Shown here: one piece after another, positions 35,843 through 48,435 of the stretch
Position numbering within the stretch: position 1 is the first letter of the stretch
Layout of the letters: every line of letters begins with the position of its first letter
Assembly: GCA_973895155.1 (NCBI GenBank)
Contig: OZ316896.1
Span: 7,086,232 to 7,150,231, forward strand
Direction: 5' to 3'
Source of the DNA: Marsupella aquatica
Lineage: Eukaryota > Plantae > Marchantiophyta
Length of the DNA: 64,000 nt
The notes under the pieces: model-generated
What the model saw: the letters and a program-made list of their open reading frames with translations, nothing else
Told to the model about the DNA's origin: nothing
Databases searched by the model: none
Made by a program: the position numbers and the translations under genes

Positions 35843-38800
35843 TGGATCGGGACCTTGAGAGTCATGGCATGGAATGTTTCAGGACTTTCCATAGAAACAG
35901 CAATTGGAGGGGAACCTTTGTTTGAGAATTTTGACATCTTGCTTTTCACGGAGACTTGGGAATATGAGGGAAATGCTCTACCTAGCATTAAAGGCTTTAC
36001 TTGCATACAATCCATCTTCAATGAGAAGAAGACCACACGGGGAAGAGGGTTTGGAGGCATTGCTGTCTACACCAAGAATCAACTTCAACACATCACCTCT
36101 ATTGAGCATGAAGATCCCAGCAAGCAGTTCATGGTGGTGAGACTTCATACCAGAGGTACTCCATCATTTCTGATTGTCACCTACTTTGCTCCCCTTAATA
36201 TGAATGTCTATAAGATGGGAATTGCTGATGCACATTATCCATTTCATAGGTTAATCCAAGTCATTCATGATATATCACCACTAGGGGAGACATGGATAGT
36301 GGGGGACTTTAATGCCAGGGTATCTAATGAACAATTTATTGAAAGTGAGGACTTAGGAACTTTACCTTGGTCATCATGTAGTGAAGAGCTACCTTGGGTG
36401 AGAGAGGCTCTTGACACCAGAACAAATGACATGACACGTCACTTTTTGCATTTGGGAGCTTCTTGTAATCTAAGAATATTGAATGGGCTTGAGAGATTTC
36501 CCCAATCATCTGGTTACACTTTTAGATCTAAACAAGGATGTAGTACCATTGATTACCTTCTTGCCACACCTACCTCTGCCACTAGAGTGGTTGACTTTCA
36601 AATACTTGATCAACAACCAGAGTCTTCACACTTGCCTTTGTTGTTCCATCTTGACCTGACCACAATCCCAAACAAAGTGCATAGAAAGCCAGTACCCAAA
36701 CCTCTGTTTCTAGACCCTGATAGAGAAGTCATCTTCAAAGCCAACTTTGAACATCTTCTCCATACCCTGGATGATCAGATTGAGCTCTCAGAAGTCATAG
36801 TACAAGCAGCAGCCTCTACTTTCTCCACCAAACCCCCTAGAAAGCAAAACATGAAGGCTTGGTTTGACGAGGATTGTGCTAGAGCAAGGATGCAAGCAAG
36901 ATCACATTCAGGGGAAAAGAGACTTTTGGCATTCACTATGTACAAGAACTTCATCAAACACAAGAAGAGGTGCTTCTTGAAGAGTCATCAACAATCACTA
37001 TGTGAGGAGAATGCAATCAGGCAAGACTACTCCCCCCTTGGATCACCAGGACCTGGTAACCTATGTCACATCCTTGTATTTCTTTCCAGATGCTAGTGGC
37101 ATGCCTTTGCCCCTTGGGGACACCATTCAGTTTATAGAGAGGGAGGTGAAGGTGCATCTTTCCCACATGCAACATGGGAAAGCTAAAGATCTATTGGGCC
37201 TGAACTTGGAGCTTCTTTTGTGGGGAGGACCCTCTTTATTAACAAACTTGGTGCATGAGCTGAATCAAGCAATGGCTTTAGGTTTACCTAAAGCTTGGAT
37301 GACCAGAAGAGTGGTGCCTATCTTCAAGGCAGGCAACAAGGACGATGTGTACAACTACAGAACCATCATGGTAGGCAATACTTTTGCTAAAGTTTTGGGA
37401 GGACTACTTGAAGCCAGATTAAGCTCTTGGTTGGAGAGTGAGATGAAAAGGGCACCTTCACAAGCAGGTTTTAGGAGAGAATTCAGCACTATGGATCACA
37501 TTCTCTGCTTGAGGGTGTTGTGTGAAAAGGCCAAATCTCCACATAAACCATTATTTTGCTTGTTTGTGGACTTCTCCAAGGCCTTTGACAAAGTTTCCCG
37601 ATCCAAGCTTTGGGATAGGATGGTGGAGTTGGAAGTGCCTGAAGAGCTCAGGTTGGCTGTTTCTAAATTGTACCAAGAAGTGCGCATCAAACTTTCAAAG
37701 GAAACCTCTGAAGAAATCTGGAGCACTCTTGGGGTGATCCAAGGTTGTCCTCTCTCACCAACTCTATTTGGCATCTTCATTGATCAGCTACACAACATTT
37801 TGGAGGAGCATGGTGGAGTTGGCACTCAATTGGGTAGGTTTGTCCTCCAACTTCTTATATTTGCAGATGATGTGGTCCTACTTGCTCATGCTCAAGAAGC
37901 TTTGCAAAGACATCTCAATGCCTTGGAGGAGTTTTGTCAAGCAACAGGGATGGTAGTCAACCTCAAGAAGACCAAGTGTTTGGGCATTGGCACACGACAA
38001 AATCCAGAGCTCTACTTCCAAGGGAATCTGGTGGAATTTGTGAGGACCTACAAATACCTTGGGGTGGAGTTCTCTCAAAACTTGAGTTGGGCCTCATGTG
38101 TAAAATCTAGGGCTGCCAATGGGTACAGAGCTTTTTATGCATTCATGAACAAATGCAAAAGAGCTGGTCTACACACTTGGAGGTTAAGGAAACATCTCTT
38201 TGGAGCTTTGGTGAAACCAGTCATTCTTTATGGAGCACCAATTTGGGGAGCAGGTGGGTCTAAATCTGGGTGGCAACAGATTGAGGGGCTGCAAAAGCTA
38301 TTTCTTGAGATGGAGTTTGGGATCAAGTCACAAACCCCATATACACTTACACTTGCAGAGGCAGGCTTGTTTCCTTTGGAGGTGGAGGCACTCTTCCACA
38401 CACTCAAATACATCATGCGTGTAAGAGAGTTGGAGGAAAACAGATTTCCTTTTCATGCCTTGCGCTCATCTTCAGCTAAAGGGTGGTATGCAGATGTGTG
38501 CAGGTGGGCCCATGCTTGGGATTTTCCTGAACATGAATGGCCAACACACCCAACCAAGCTAAGAGCAAAACTTGAGCAAAAGGCTTTGCACAAACTTTGG
38601 CATGAACCTAGCCCACGGCAGCAATACTACATGAGAGATGTGAACCCCATGAAGAAATATCGAGAACAAGAATACTTATCTAGCACTATCTCAGTACAAC
38701 TTAGACAACTTATTGCTCAGTATAGACTAAGCTCACACCACCTTGAAGTAGAACAAGGGAGATGGAAGGATATTGACAGGAAAAAGAGGATTTGTCAACT

Positions 38801-39026
38801 ATGTGATAGCTCTAGTATAGAGAATGAATATCATGTATTCATTGCTTGCAAGTTTTATGAGAGGGTTAGGATGACATCTCAAATCTTGGTGAAAGATTTG
38901 TATGCATTGTTTGGTCTGCCCCCTCAGCAACTTGGAAGATATATCTTTGCGGTGGATAGGGAAAGGAGAATAGGTTTGGAAAATCTTTCAGGCCTCTCTA
39001 GGTCCATAGTTTCTTTGAGGACATAG
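35842..39026 (+). pseudogene. LINE ORF2 (APE-RT-CCHC) with a single frameshift near 37005
   Basis: AWNVSGL, FTETW, GDFNAR, IDY and SSHLP in 35855-37096. QAGFRR, VDFSKAFD, QGCPLSP, FADD and YKYLG in 37002-39026. Confidence 0.9.
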
Positions 39027-41209
39027 TTGTCCTCTTCTGAGCAATCTCTTTTGGTTGCTCTTTTCTTTGATTGCATTGTACTTTACTTTTTGTGGCAGCT
39101 CCTTTGACTTTCATGGTCCCGGAGCTTATAATACATTACCATTACCATTACCATTACCAGAAAAAGACATCTTAGTAGCAGAAAATTCAGATTAGGATTC
39201 AAAATAGAGCTTGCAAGCGGGCTTGCAAGAGTGAATGAGCAGGAGTGTAGGCGTCTACTGGCATGAAACTCCAGCCAGCAGACTTCAACAAAGCTCCATA
39301 TGCAGATAAACTAAGGAAGAATATTAAGGAGAGCTCGAACAGCAGAAGGCCTACGTACCAATGTAGCTGCAAACAATGGTTGCAGCTGGTCAGCTCTCTC
39401 TCCAGCCACTACTAAACAATGATGGAGTAGAGCTGGCAAGTCAAGCTGCAAAAGTAGCTCACGTTGTCTCCAACGCACTACCCCAATCTCTGCACCTGTT
39501 GTCTTGCTGCCCCAATCGTGCTCCTGGACAGCAGCACCGTAGTCGTTACATCTCCAGCTCCCAATTGCAGTAAGAAAAATGTTGAGAAAGGGCAGACACA
39601 CTATACAGACATGATCTTTAAAGTAGGCTATCAATCACAATAGAACTAAACGTTCACAACTTTTGGGGCAACTCATTCTCTCACCAGTAACAAATGAAGG
39701 TCGAGGTTGAGATGAGGTGAAGCGTTGGCTTGCCTCCACATGAAGGCGCCAAAGGAGCTCAACAATGGAGTTGACAATGTCTTCCTCACAGCTTAGCTGG
39801 CAAAGCAATATACAGCTCAATTAGCAATTCCTCCACATGCTAGGTTTGTCAATGGGAAAGCAATAACTCAACTGACAGGCAAACTACTCAAAACATGCTG
39901 CTGAGAAGGAGCACTTTTTGAATCTCAAACTATGTAATAGTGCCATGATCGTACTCCTACGTGGAGCAAGGAGGGCTGGCCCGAAAGGGAGAAGCAACAA
40001 CGTGGAGTCTATTCTCAAAATCAATAGAACTGGATGAAATTCAGACAGGAGTTCAAAACTTGCCAATTGAATCCCAGTCTGGACTTGTACAAGAAAGACC
40101 AAATTAATCCAGAGGACATGTAATTCATTCCAATTCGAAAACCAGCTTCCCCAGTAGGCCAAATCCACTTACATGACTTCCTGCAGCTACAACTTATTCC
40201 CCACTTGAAACCACTCTTTTGCAAATGGACTCATTGCCATTGAAGACAGAACACCTTTGGCGGGACACCAGATTGGATCTGGCTACCACATTGGATCTGG
40301 CTACCACATTGGACATGAGGGATGATCGGTAGCAGCAAGAATTGTGATTCATGGGTGATGAATGTTGTGAGCCATAGCACATGATCCTGGCACAATCTTG
40401 ATCACACCCCTCTCGATCCCATCAGGTTATGAGTAGTCCTAAGATTTTGCGCTTGTCACGGAACACTGGAACACACTCAAAACAGGTTTTGCACGGACGG
40501 CTCCCTGTGCATGGAGAATCAGGCAGGCAAGCGTGGTGTGCTTAGAGCCTTAGACAAAATCTCTGGATTAGAATCTGAATCCGAACGCGAGTCTACACTT
40601 TCCATTGCTGGTCATAGCGATGGGCAATCAGGATGATGCCATGCCAAGTAGAAGAACGAGAAAGCATTCTATAAAAGGCACTGAGGTTGGTGGTATAGTA
40701 AAAGTGGTAGTACTTCCAGGAGCGCGACCAACTCGATCGCTATGTGACAGTCCAGAAAAGCACAAAGGCTGAAGGGCGATAGATTCCGTGCTCAATGAGA
40801 CAGGTTTTTTCAAATGATCAAGCCAAGGTGCAAAGGAAAACTGATTGAAGGTGACATGGGAAAGTTGTCGGTTCAAGTGCAGGAGAAACTCTTGCCTTAG
40901 AGTGCTTGACACTCCTTGAGCTGGATAGGGGCAGCTCCAACTACACGGTCTGGTGCAATCGCCGCCTGCTCTGTTACAAAAATTATGGCTGGAAGTGGAA
41001 GGCCAAAGTTGCACTTGTGAACTCGCTCCCGCGTCCAGCCCTCAGTCCCCACCTTGTGGTAGCAGCAAGCTTACCTCCGAGAAGAAAGCCATAGCAAAGG
41101 GTTTAGCAGAAATCCCTGAGAAAATCCCCACTCTGAAGTCCATTGCTTATGGTCACAAATGATGACAGCGGAACATTCGGGCACCCAACAGCTGAACTGA
41201 CCTCAATCA

Positions 41210-41524
41210 CACTTGCTTGGGGCAACAAAAAAATGTTCTGATCGCCCTTTCAGCTCAACGATCCCCCTTGCACAACTATTGGGTTAGATTTCCCACCACA
41301 AATGCAATGAAGTCTATGCCCGACACACTCCAGCGGTACATGAGAGCAAGACTGGGAGCTATATATACTTTGTATGCAGAGAAAGATTCTACCAATGCAG
41401 CACAATGACATAGAAGAGAGAACAGATTACTTGCTCGGGGCAGCAAAAAAATGTTCTGATTGCCCTTTCAGCTCAACAATCCCCCTTGTACAACTACTAG
41501 GTTAGATTTCCCACCGCAAATGCA
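41210..41524 (+). repeat. ~95-bp direct repeat pair (41210-41306, 41429-41524)
   Basis: ACTTGCT.GGGGCA.CAAAAAAATGTTCTGAT...GGTTAGATTTCCCACC.CAAATGCA occurs twice. Confidence 0.8.
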
Positions 41525-41938
41525 CAAGTGCTATGTTCGGGTTGATCACTCTTTAGCGATGGCGGTAAAAGGCAAGGGGTTTGTTTCAATCGTCACAGGA
41601 CAGCGCTAGACCAACACAGGGACAAAGCATTAACATTGAAGCTGTACCATGGAGCTGGAGAAAAACACAGAGTAATTCCCGGAGTAATTGAAGCCTAACA
41701 ATACCCTTCTCAGCTCCCGACTCTAAACTCTCAGCTCCCAGTTTGCAAGAGCAAGCACTATGAAAATATGGATTCTCACACTGTGCAAAGCAAGGAACTT
41801 GTGTGGAAAGATTCCGCAGCTACCGCAGCTAATCCAAGTCCAGAACTGAAAAGCCTAGCCACTAATCAATCAACCAAACACCAATTGCCTACAGCAGCAG
41901 CCCAACTTACATGAAGTCCGCAAGCACTTACATGAAGT

Positions 41939-42290
41939 CAATCACGTTGATCAGCCTATTGATCCACGTGATTGCTGAGGATCTTTATTTGGAATTGGAT
42001 AGAGATGATCCCTGTCCAATTCCTAATAAAGATCGTCAGTATCCTCTGATCGAACAAAGATGATCTTTATTAGGAATTGGACAGGGATCATCTCTATCCA
42101 AGTAGAGGATAGAGATCATCCCTATCCAAGTAGAGGATAGAGATGATCCCTGTCCAATTCCTAATAAAGATTGTCAGTATCCTTTTATCAAACAAAGATT
42201 ATCTTTGTTAGGAATTGGACAGATATCATCCCTATCCAAGTAGAGGATAGAGATCATCCCTGTCCAATTGGATAGGGATCATCTCTGTCC
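41939..42290. repeat. Array of 21-bp palindromes GGAYAGRGATSATCYCTRTCC (7 copies, 138-bp higher-order period) preceded by a hairpin
   Basis: Copies start at 41997, 42079, 42107, 42135, 42217, 42245 and 42270. AAGTAGA linkers. Hairpin CAATCACGT.GATCA..TGATC.ACGTGATTG at 41939-41974. Confidence 0.9.
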
Positions 42291-42350
42291 AAACTGTGAG
42301 AGAACCTCATCTTTGTCGATTACAAATTAAGATTTTCCAAACTAATATGC

Positions 42351-45300
42351 ATGGATGGGACTATTGCAGGGAGCGAACTACATGGATTGAAACCAGCAAT
42401 TTCAGAATCATATTGCTCCGAGGGAGTCTTGTTGGAGCAGAGCAAACCAGATTTTTGTTGGGGCCTTGAGTTCTCTAGAGTTGATTTTGATTTCCTTAGC
42501 ACGTCAGAGAGACGGGATCCCATTTTGTGCATAAAGGTCAGAACAGAAGATCAAGAGACTCTTGTACTCGGACCTGTAGTCTTCATTGGAATTGAAGGAA
42601 GAGGGTTTGTTTCCGTCATTCTTGAGCTCCATGAAAGGATACGATGGGTTAAGCTACATCTACCATCAAAGGCATATTCTTCAGAGTTCAATGTTGAGTG
42701 GTCTGCTGCTGGAGAACTTGGCATGATGGCAATGGGTTTTTTCCCTAAGTCGTATTCAACTCAAAAGGTGATTGTTGGAGTGAAGGGGATTCTTCCACTT
42801 GACATCATGTATGGGTTTCAATATGTGAAGCTGAATATCCATAAACACCAAGGGAATTATACATTTCCGGTGACATGGATTTTAAATAATTTGCTCGACA
42901 AGGCAGGATTCTTATCTTCGGAATCAAGTGTTTGCCTTGACAAGCAAATTGCATTTGCAGAGGAGTTTGCGATGGATAATGCAAAAAAGTGGGTAGAATC
43001 ATTACCCCAAGCCTACAAATGTTGCACCAGTAGCGGTGAACGAGCTTCCAATAGTTTTTAACAACGAAGTTCCCAAAGAAGTTCCCAAACCTAGAAAAAG
43101 ATCTCAGGAGACAACAACAGGGACTGCAGGAACAACGGCTGGGACAAGCACCAAACAAGTGGTAGGGAAGCGAAGACTAAGAGAGAGGAAGGGTCGTGAG
43201 AAAATTGAGACATTGCCGAAGGAACCCGAGAAGAAGCCTACTCGAAGAAACAGAAAACTGACAAGTCTCTTTTGCGATCAACCCCTACGGACGTACAGGT
43301 GCTCCCAGAAGATGAGGGAGACAAACTTGATGCCCCTGAGGAGAAGAAGGTCTTAGAAGGAAATGATGTTCTCCAGAGAATAGAGCAGTTCTATACTTTT
43401 GGGATAAATGAACTATTTTCTATTCCAGTGGAGAAAATTGTGCCTGCACCTGCAAGATTGTGTTACAGGATGCTCAGTAGTACCCATGTGAAGCACATAG
43501 CCGAATCCATGGTCAAAAACCCTGGACATGAACCTCACGTCGCGGACCTGCTTCCTTATAGTCTGAAGCTTAGAAAGTTGCTCCATTTTGACAACACAAA
43601 GAACGACCGCAAAGACTTTCTTGCAGGAGTTAAGAAAGCCGAGATTGGTTTCTTTGCCATCAGTGGGCAACATTCGGCTAGGGCGGCCAAGTGGGTTCTT
43701 GAATGGGCCAAAACTGATGCCAAGCTCACAATGTTGGCAAAAAAGTTAAAATACAGGAAGTCTAGATTATTGTCAGACCTTACACCATTGGCTATATTGG
43801 TTGAGCACTCAATGAGATCAAATGCCATCAATTTGACAATGGTGTTTCAATCGTGCCCATGCTTGGGATTTTCCTGAACATGAATGGCCAACACACCCAA
43901 CCAAGCTAAGAGCAAAACTTGAGCAAAAGGCTTTGCACAAACTTTGGCATGAACCTAGCCCACGGCAGCAATACTACATGAGAGATGTGAACCCCATGAA
44001 GAAATATCGAGAACAAGAATACTTATCTAGCACTATCTCAGTACAACTTAGACAACTTATTGCTCAGTATAGACTAAGCTCACACCACCTTGAAGTAGAA
44101 CAAGGGAGATGGAAGGATATTGACAGGAAAAATAGGGTTTGTCAACTATGTGATAGCTCTAGTATAGAGAATGAATATCATGTATTCATTGCTTGCAAGT
44201 TTTATGAGGGGGTTAGGATGGCATCTCAAATCTTGGTGAAAGATTTGTATGCATTGTTTGGTCTGCCCCCTCAGCAACTTGGAAGATATATCTTTGCGGT
44301 GGATAGGGAAAGGAGAATAGGTTTGGAAAATCTTTCAGGCCTCTCTAGGTCCATAGTTTCTTTGAGGACATAGTTGTCCTCTTCTGAGCAATCTCTTTTG
44401 GTTGCTCTTTTCTTTGATTGCATTGTACTTTACTTTTTGTGGCAGCTCCTTTGACTTTCATGGTCCCGGAGCTTATAATACATTACCATTACCATTACCA
44501 AAGATACAATTGTTCATGCAAGGAAACAATTCCTTGAATGCAGAGGACCAAGAAAGCCAAAGCACGGGGACAACAAGTCAAATGCCTAAGAGAATCAAAA
44601 ATTTCAGGTGAGAAACATTTTTCTTGTTTGGACAGAGATGGTCTCTGTCCAAGAGTGTGACCTTCCGTTACATTGATTTTAGTTCAATATATTTCTGGTT
44701 ATGACTTGGATGGAGATGGTCTCTATCCAACAAGCAAGTGATAGTTTGTTGTCAAATCTCATTGATTGTAGATAACTTATTTTCCCCTAATTTTGACTGT
44801 AGGATTATTTGGCATTGGCAAGGATGACCATGGGGAGAAAAGACTTGAAAAATGTATATTGGTTGCTCTTTGCTGAGAATGATCTTTTCGAGCTCTGGCA
44901 ATTAGTGTGCCAGATGTGGATTGGTGGACATCTTCCTGATGGAGCTGGTACACAGGGAAACAAAAGGTCCGAAAAGGGTATAACGGTCGCAATGTTTTGT
45001 TGTTTTGATGGTGAAATCTCAAGTAGAGATTTGACCAGAATTTTGAACAAGGTGAAGTCAGGTCAGGTTTTATTGAAGAAGGATCCGACAAATAAGTCAG
45101 ATGTTCTAGCAATGGAGGACTTTGCAAAGGAGGTGAAGATATTGATCAAACTGAAGTCTCTTATTGGAGATTACTACTTCAAGAAGGATCCGAAAAACTT
45201 CCCAGCAGATAGTGATTGGGTTAAAATAATTGAGGTCCTCCCATTGTTAGGTGCCGAGTCGGAGTTGAACAGGTGCCGAAGAGCAGCTGGTGAAGTATGG

Positions 45301-47175
45301 TTGACAAATTTATTGAAGTCTAATCATACAAAGGAGAGTGAGATATTGCCAATGACATTGGTGATGCGTCTAGATGATATTTACTGTCAGAAGTTTGGCG
45401 GTGGGACAAGTTCTTGGACCCAACCGTGGGTCACATTTTTTAGTAACAACCTAATGAAGACAGTGGATCCGGAGTCGTTGGAAGAACAATCTCCAACATG
45501 GCCTCTTGCAATTGTTGATTTAAGCCGACTTCAACAGAAGGAGTGGACCAAAGTAGAGATTTTGGTACTCTTCCAATACATAGTAGAGCTATCACGGAAT
45601 CCCACCATTGTTGTGATGATAACTGTCCATCCAGGTTACCTTGTACTGAATGTCCTAAGCGCTCTTCGTAAATTAGGACATTCAAAAACTCTCACTATTC
45701 ACATTGAATATGGGAGTTATTATCGAGATGATCAACCTCACCCTCATGACTCATGTTGGAAGGGAGGAATAGAAGAAGTTATCTTTGCGAGAATTTCTCG
45801 CGAAGAGAACGTCAGCTGGGATGAAGTGTTCAAGCCCAACCAGATGAAGCCAAAATGGGTGTATGGTGAAAAGGATACTGATTTCGTGGTTGAGAAGGTC
45901 AAGGGAAAGGGAAAGGCAAAGGACGCGGACAAGGAGTCATTACATGTAGATCTAAGAAATATGATGACCCCAGAAGAGGCGGCAATACTTCTGCACATGG
46001 CACCTCGATTTGAGACGGTCAGTGCTCGGGGTGGGTGGGTGAATCCTCACGCCAAACCCACACGGATGATCCAAAAGATCATCCAAACACTGTCCGAGCC
46101 GGGGGATTTGATTCTTGACTTTTTCTCTGGCGGTCAAGTGATGAAGGCATCCCTTTTTTCTCAACGTGAATGTTTTGTTTATTGTGACTCTCAACATGAG
46201 AGACATTTTGTGGAAGCATAAGCTTCGTTCCTTTGTGAGAAGGTTCCCACCATCAAAGATCGTTATGATTGCTATGTCGGTGGAAGTTCTAGACATTGGG
46301 AACCCTCTTCTGCCGCTGTTGCTATTGACGATGAATCAGATGGTGATCAAGAAGATGGAGCTGACCAATCAGTCAAAGACGATGGGCCATTGGAGGGGGC
46401 ATACGTGAAGAATTTGGATGACCGAGTTGGCGAGGGTGAAAATATTGACCTTGTGGAAGACGATATGATTGTTGGATCTGCACCTTGCAGTTCACCAATT
46501 ACAGATGTTGCCCCCATGGGCCCCAACGAGGGCCAGTATGATGATAACTTGGATAGAGATGGTCTCCATCCACAATTGCCTGGACAAGAGATGGAAGTTG
46601 ATACGTTTGAAAAACTGTCTTCAAACAACCTTCTCAATCAAGGTGCGGAGAGGCATGGTGAGTCCAATGAACTCGACACATTGGGATTGAGACCACAACC
46701 CATCCAAATAGCTGACATTCCCGTGAATGAAGCAAGTGCATCCATGACTGCTGACAACCAGGCAGGTGCTTCAATTTGTCCCGATACACTCTTTTCCACT
46801 TCTGATGACAAATTGGTGTTTGTTCGATCACAATCAAGAAGTCCCGTTATCCTTCCACTCTCAAAAAAGAAAGGGAAGAGAGTAGGATCAACTGGATATA
46901 AGTCACTTGAATATGATTGTCGATGTTACGTGTGGAAAAGTGGACCCGATGTAGGAACTGAAGTTGCTTTGGATGCTGTTCAATCAATTTTGAACAATGA
47001 CTCGTACAAAAAGCACAAGAAAGATCCAACTTATAGAAGTGGAGAATTGGGATTGATAACTCCGGTTTGGTCTGCACCTTATTGGATAGAGGAGAGTACC
47101 TCCGATGTCAATTATGAGATCCAACAAGAGCTTGGTGATGATATCTTGATTGATGAATATGGATCTCATTGTTAG
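42351..47175 (+). pseudogene. Large gene: unknown N-terminal domain + ParB/Srx-like domain + N4/N6 DNA methyltransferase-like domain + acidic tail; disrupted
   Basis: ParB-like IPVEKIVP..R..STHVKHIAESM..FAISGQHSARA at 43410-43700. Phase-0 GT-AG intron 44608-44802. MTase-like LAIVDL ... NPHAKPTRMIQKIIQTLSEPGDLILDFFSGG..KASL..QRE. ORFs 44809-46221 and 46390-47175 share a frame across one stop. Two frameshifts near 43040 and 43270, and a LINE insertion. Confidence 0.72.
43855..44500 (+). mobile_element. 5'-truncated copy of the RTEX-like LINE inserted in the ParB-MTase gene
   Basis: Near-identical to ~38508-39153, with the (CCATTA)n tail. No TSD visible. Confidence 0.93.
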
Positions 47176-47321
47176 CCAAGATCTAGATTGAGCCATGTGA
47201 CCTTATCAATTTGATATAATATAGTCTGTATAATTATACTTCAAGTTTAACAATTAGAGCATCAGTATCAATATCCATCTCCTCTTTACGGTTTCTCAAT
47301 GAATACGGTCAGTATGCAGGA

Positions 47322-48435
47322 TTGACAGAGATGATCTCTATCCAAACTTCAAATGTGGTTTTTTCTCCAAGATTGGTATTTGTTGCACTTGCGGAACCAA
47401 GACCTTGTTCCATCAAGCGCAAATTGCTGATTTTGGATCTTAACAAAATACTTTGGGATTTAGTTGAATTCCAAAGCAAGGGAAAATCCAGAAATGTTGT
47501 GACCCCAAGTGGAGTGCATTGGGATAGAAAAAATGGAATTAGTTGCATGTATACAGAAAGGCCAGGGCTCCATGAGTTTCTAAAGTTGGTTTTTGACCGA
47601 TTTGACGTTGCAATTTGGACATGTGCTGGGGTACAACAAACAGTGAAAATGCTGAACATGATGTTCACTATTGAGGAGAGATTGAAACTTAAGTTTGTAT
47701 TCACACAGGTGGAAGCCTTTGACACAGGCATTCAAAGGTGTGACATTACAAATGGAAAGGCAAATCTGCTAGTGAAGGATTTTTGGGTGGTATGGAGTGG
47801 ATTTGGAAATCTATATGATGAAACCAACACCCTCCTTGTGGATGACTCCCCCCTTAAGGCATTTGCCAACCCAAGCATGACCGGACTATTTCCAGTGCCC
47901 TACACGCATGCCAATCGTGGAGATAATTTTCTTCTTACAATTCTTTGGCCTTGTCTTGAGAAACTATCGATCACATGCAAGTGACATTAGATGTTATCTT
48001 CTTCTTAACTCTCCACTGTGGTCTCTATTGCACATAAAGAGAGACAAGGTAAAAAATGAAATTACTTATGATCAACTTAGTAAGAGATGCGCAACAAAAA
48101 TTTGGAAGTCACAGTTTACGCATAGTGTGTTGGACCTCAATAGCAATGAGATTCCTTGGAACGTGAAGCATTGTATATGTAGTTTACGTCCTGAGGCAGA
48201 ACTTGACGATGCACTTGTCACCTCACTTGCTAAAGCATTTGTAGGACGGGACTATTCAGGTCCGTATAGAGAAAATCCCAGACACTTTTTGCGGGAGATT
48301 ATAGCCATTAGGAACAACACCACCAAGTTTCAGCTCCCTGAAGATAAAGGGACTTGCAACCGTGACACTAGGGTAGATAGTAAAGGAGACAGGGGCACGT
48401 GCTCAAATACACATTGTAAGGAGCACTTTGTTTAG
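47322..48435 (+). pseudogene. NIF/FCP1-like HAD-superfamily phosphatase gene, frameshifted near 47975
   Basis: KRKLLILDLNKIL, RPGLHEFLKLVFDRFDVAIWT, VKDF, YDETNTLLVDDSPLKAFANP. Continues in 47908-48435 with a Cys/His-containing end. Confidence 0.8.

Larger units (their letters stand above)
34324..39159 (+). mobile_element. Near full-length young LINE, RTEX-like (non-L1), with tandem-monomer 5' UTR and (CCATTA)n tail
   Basis: 5' monomers, ORF1, and ORF2 with APE + RT + C-terminal RLSSHHLEVEQGRW..CQLC..ENEYHVFIAC. Microsatellite tail. The clade is inferred from motifs only. Confidence 0.9.

Noticed and set aside
41997-42290. CRISPR-like appearance of the palindrome array
   Set aside because: The linkers are 4-7 bp or repeated 61-bp segments, not unique spacers. 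No cas genes, and the context is eukaryotic.
42351-48435. Bacterial contamination or prophage as the source of ParB-MTase
   Set aside because: The gene has a GT-AG intron, a plant LINE insertion and a eukaryote-type NIF neighbour, and is contiguous with plant TEs.
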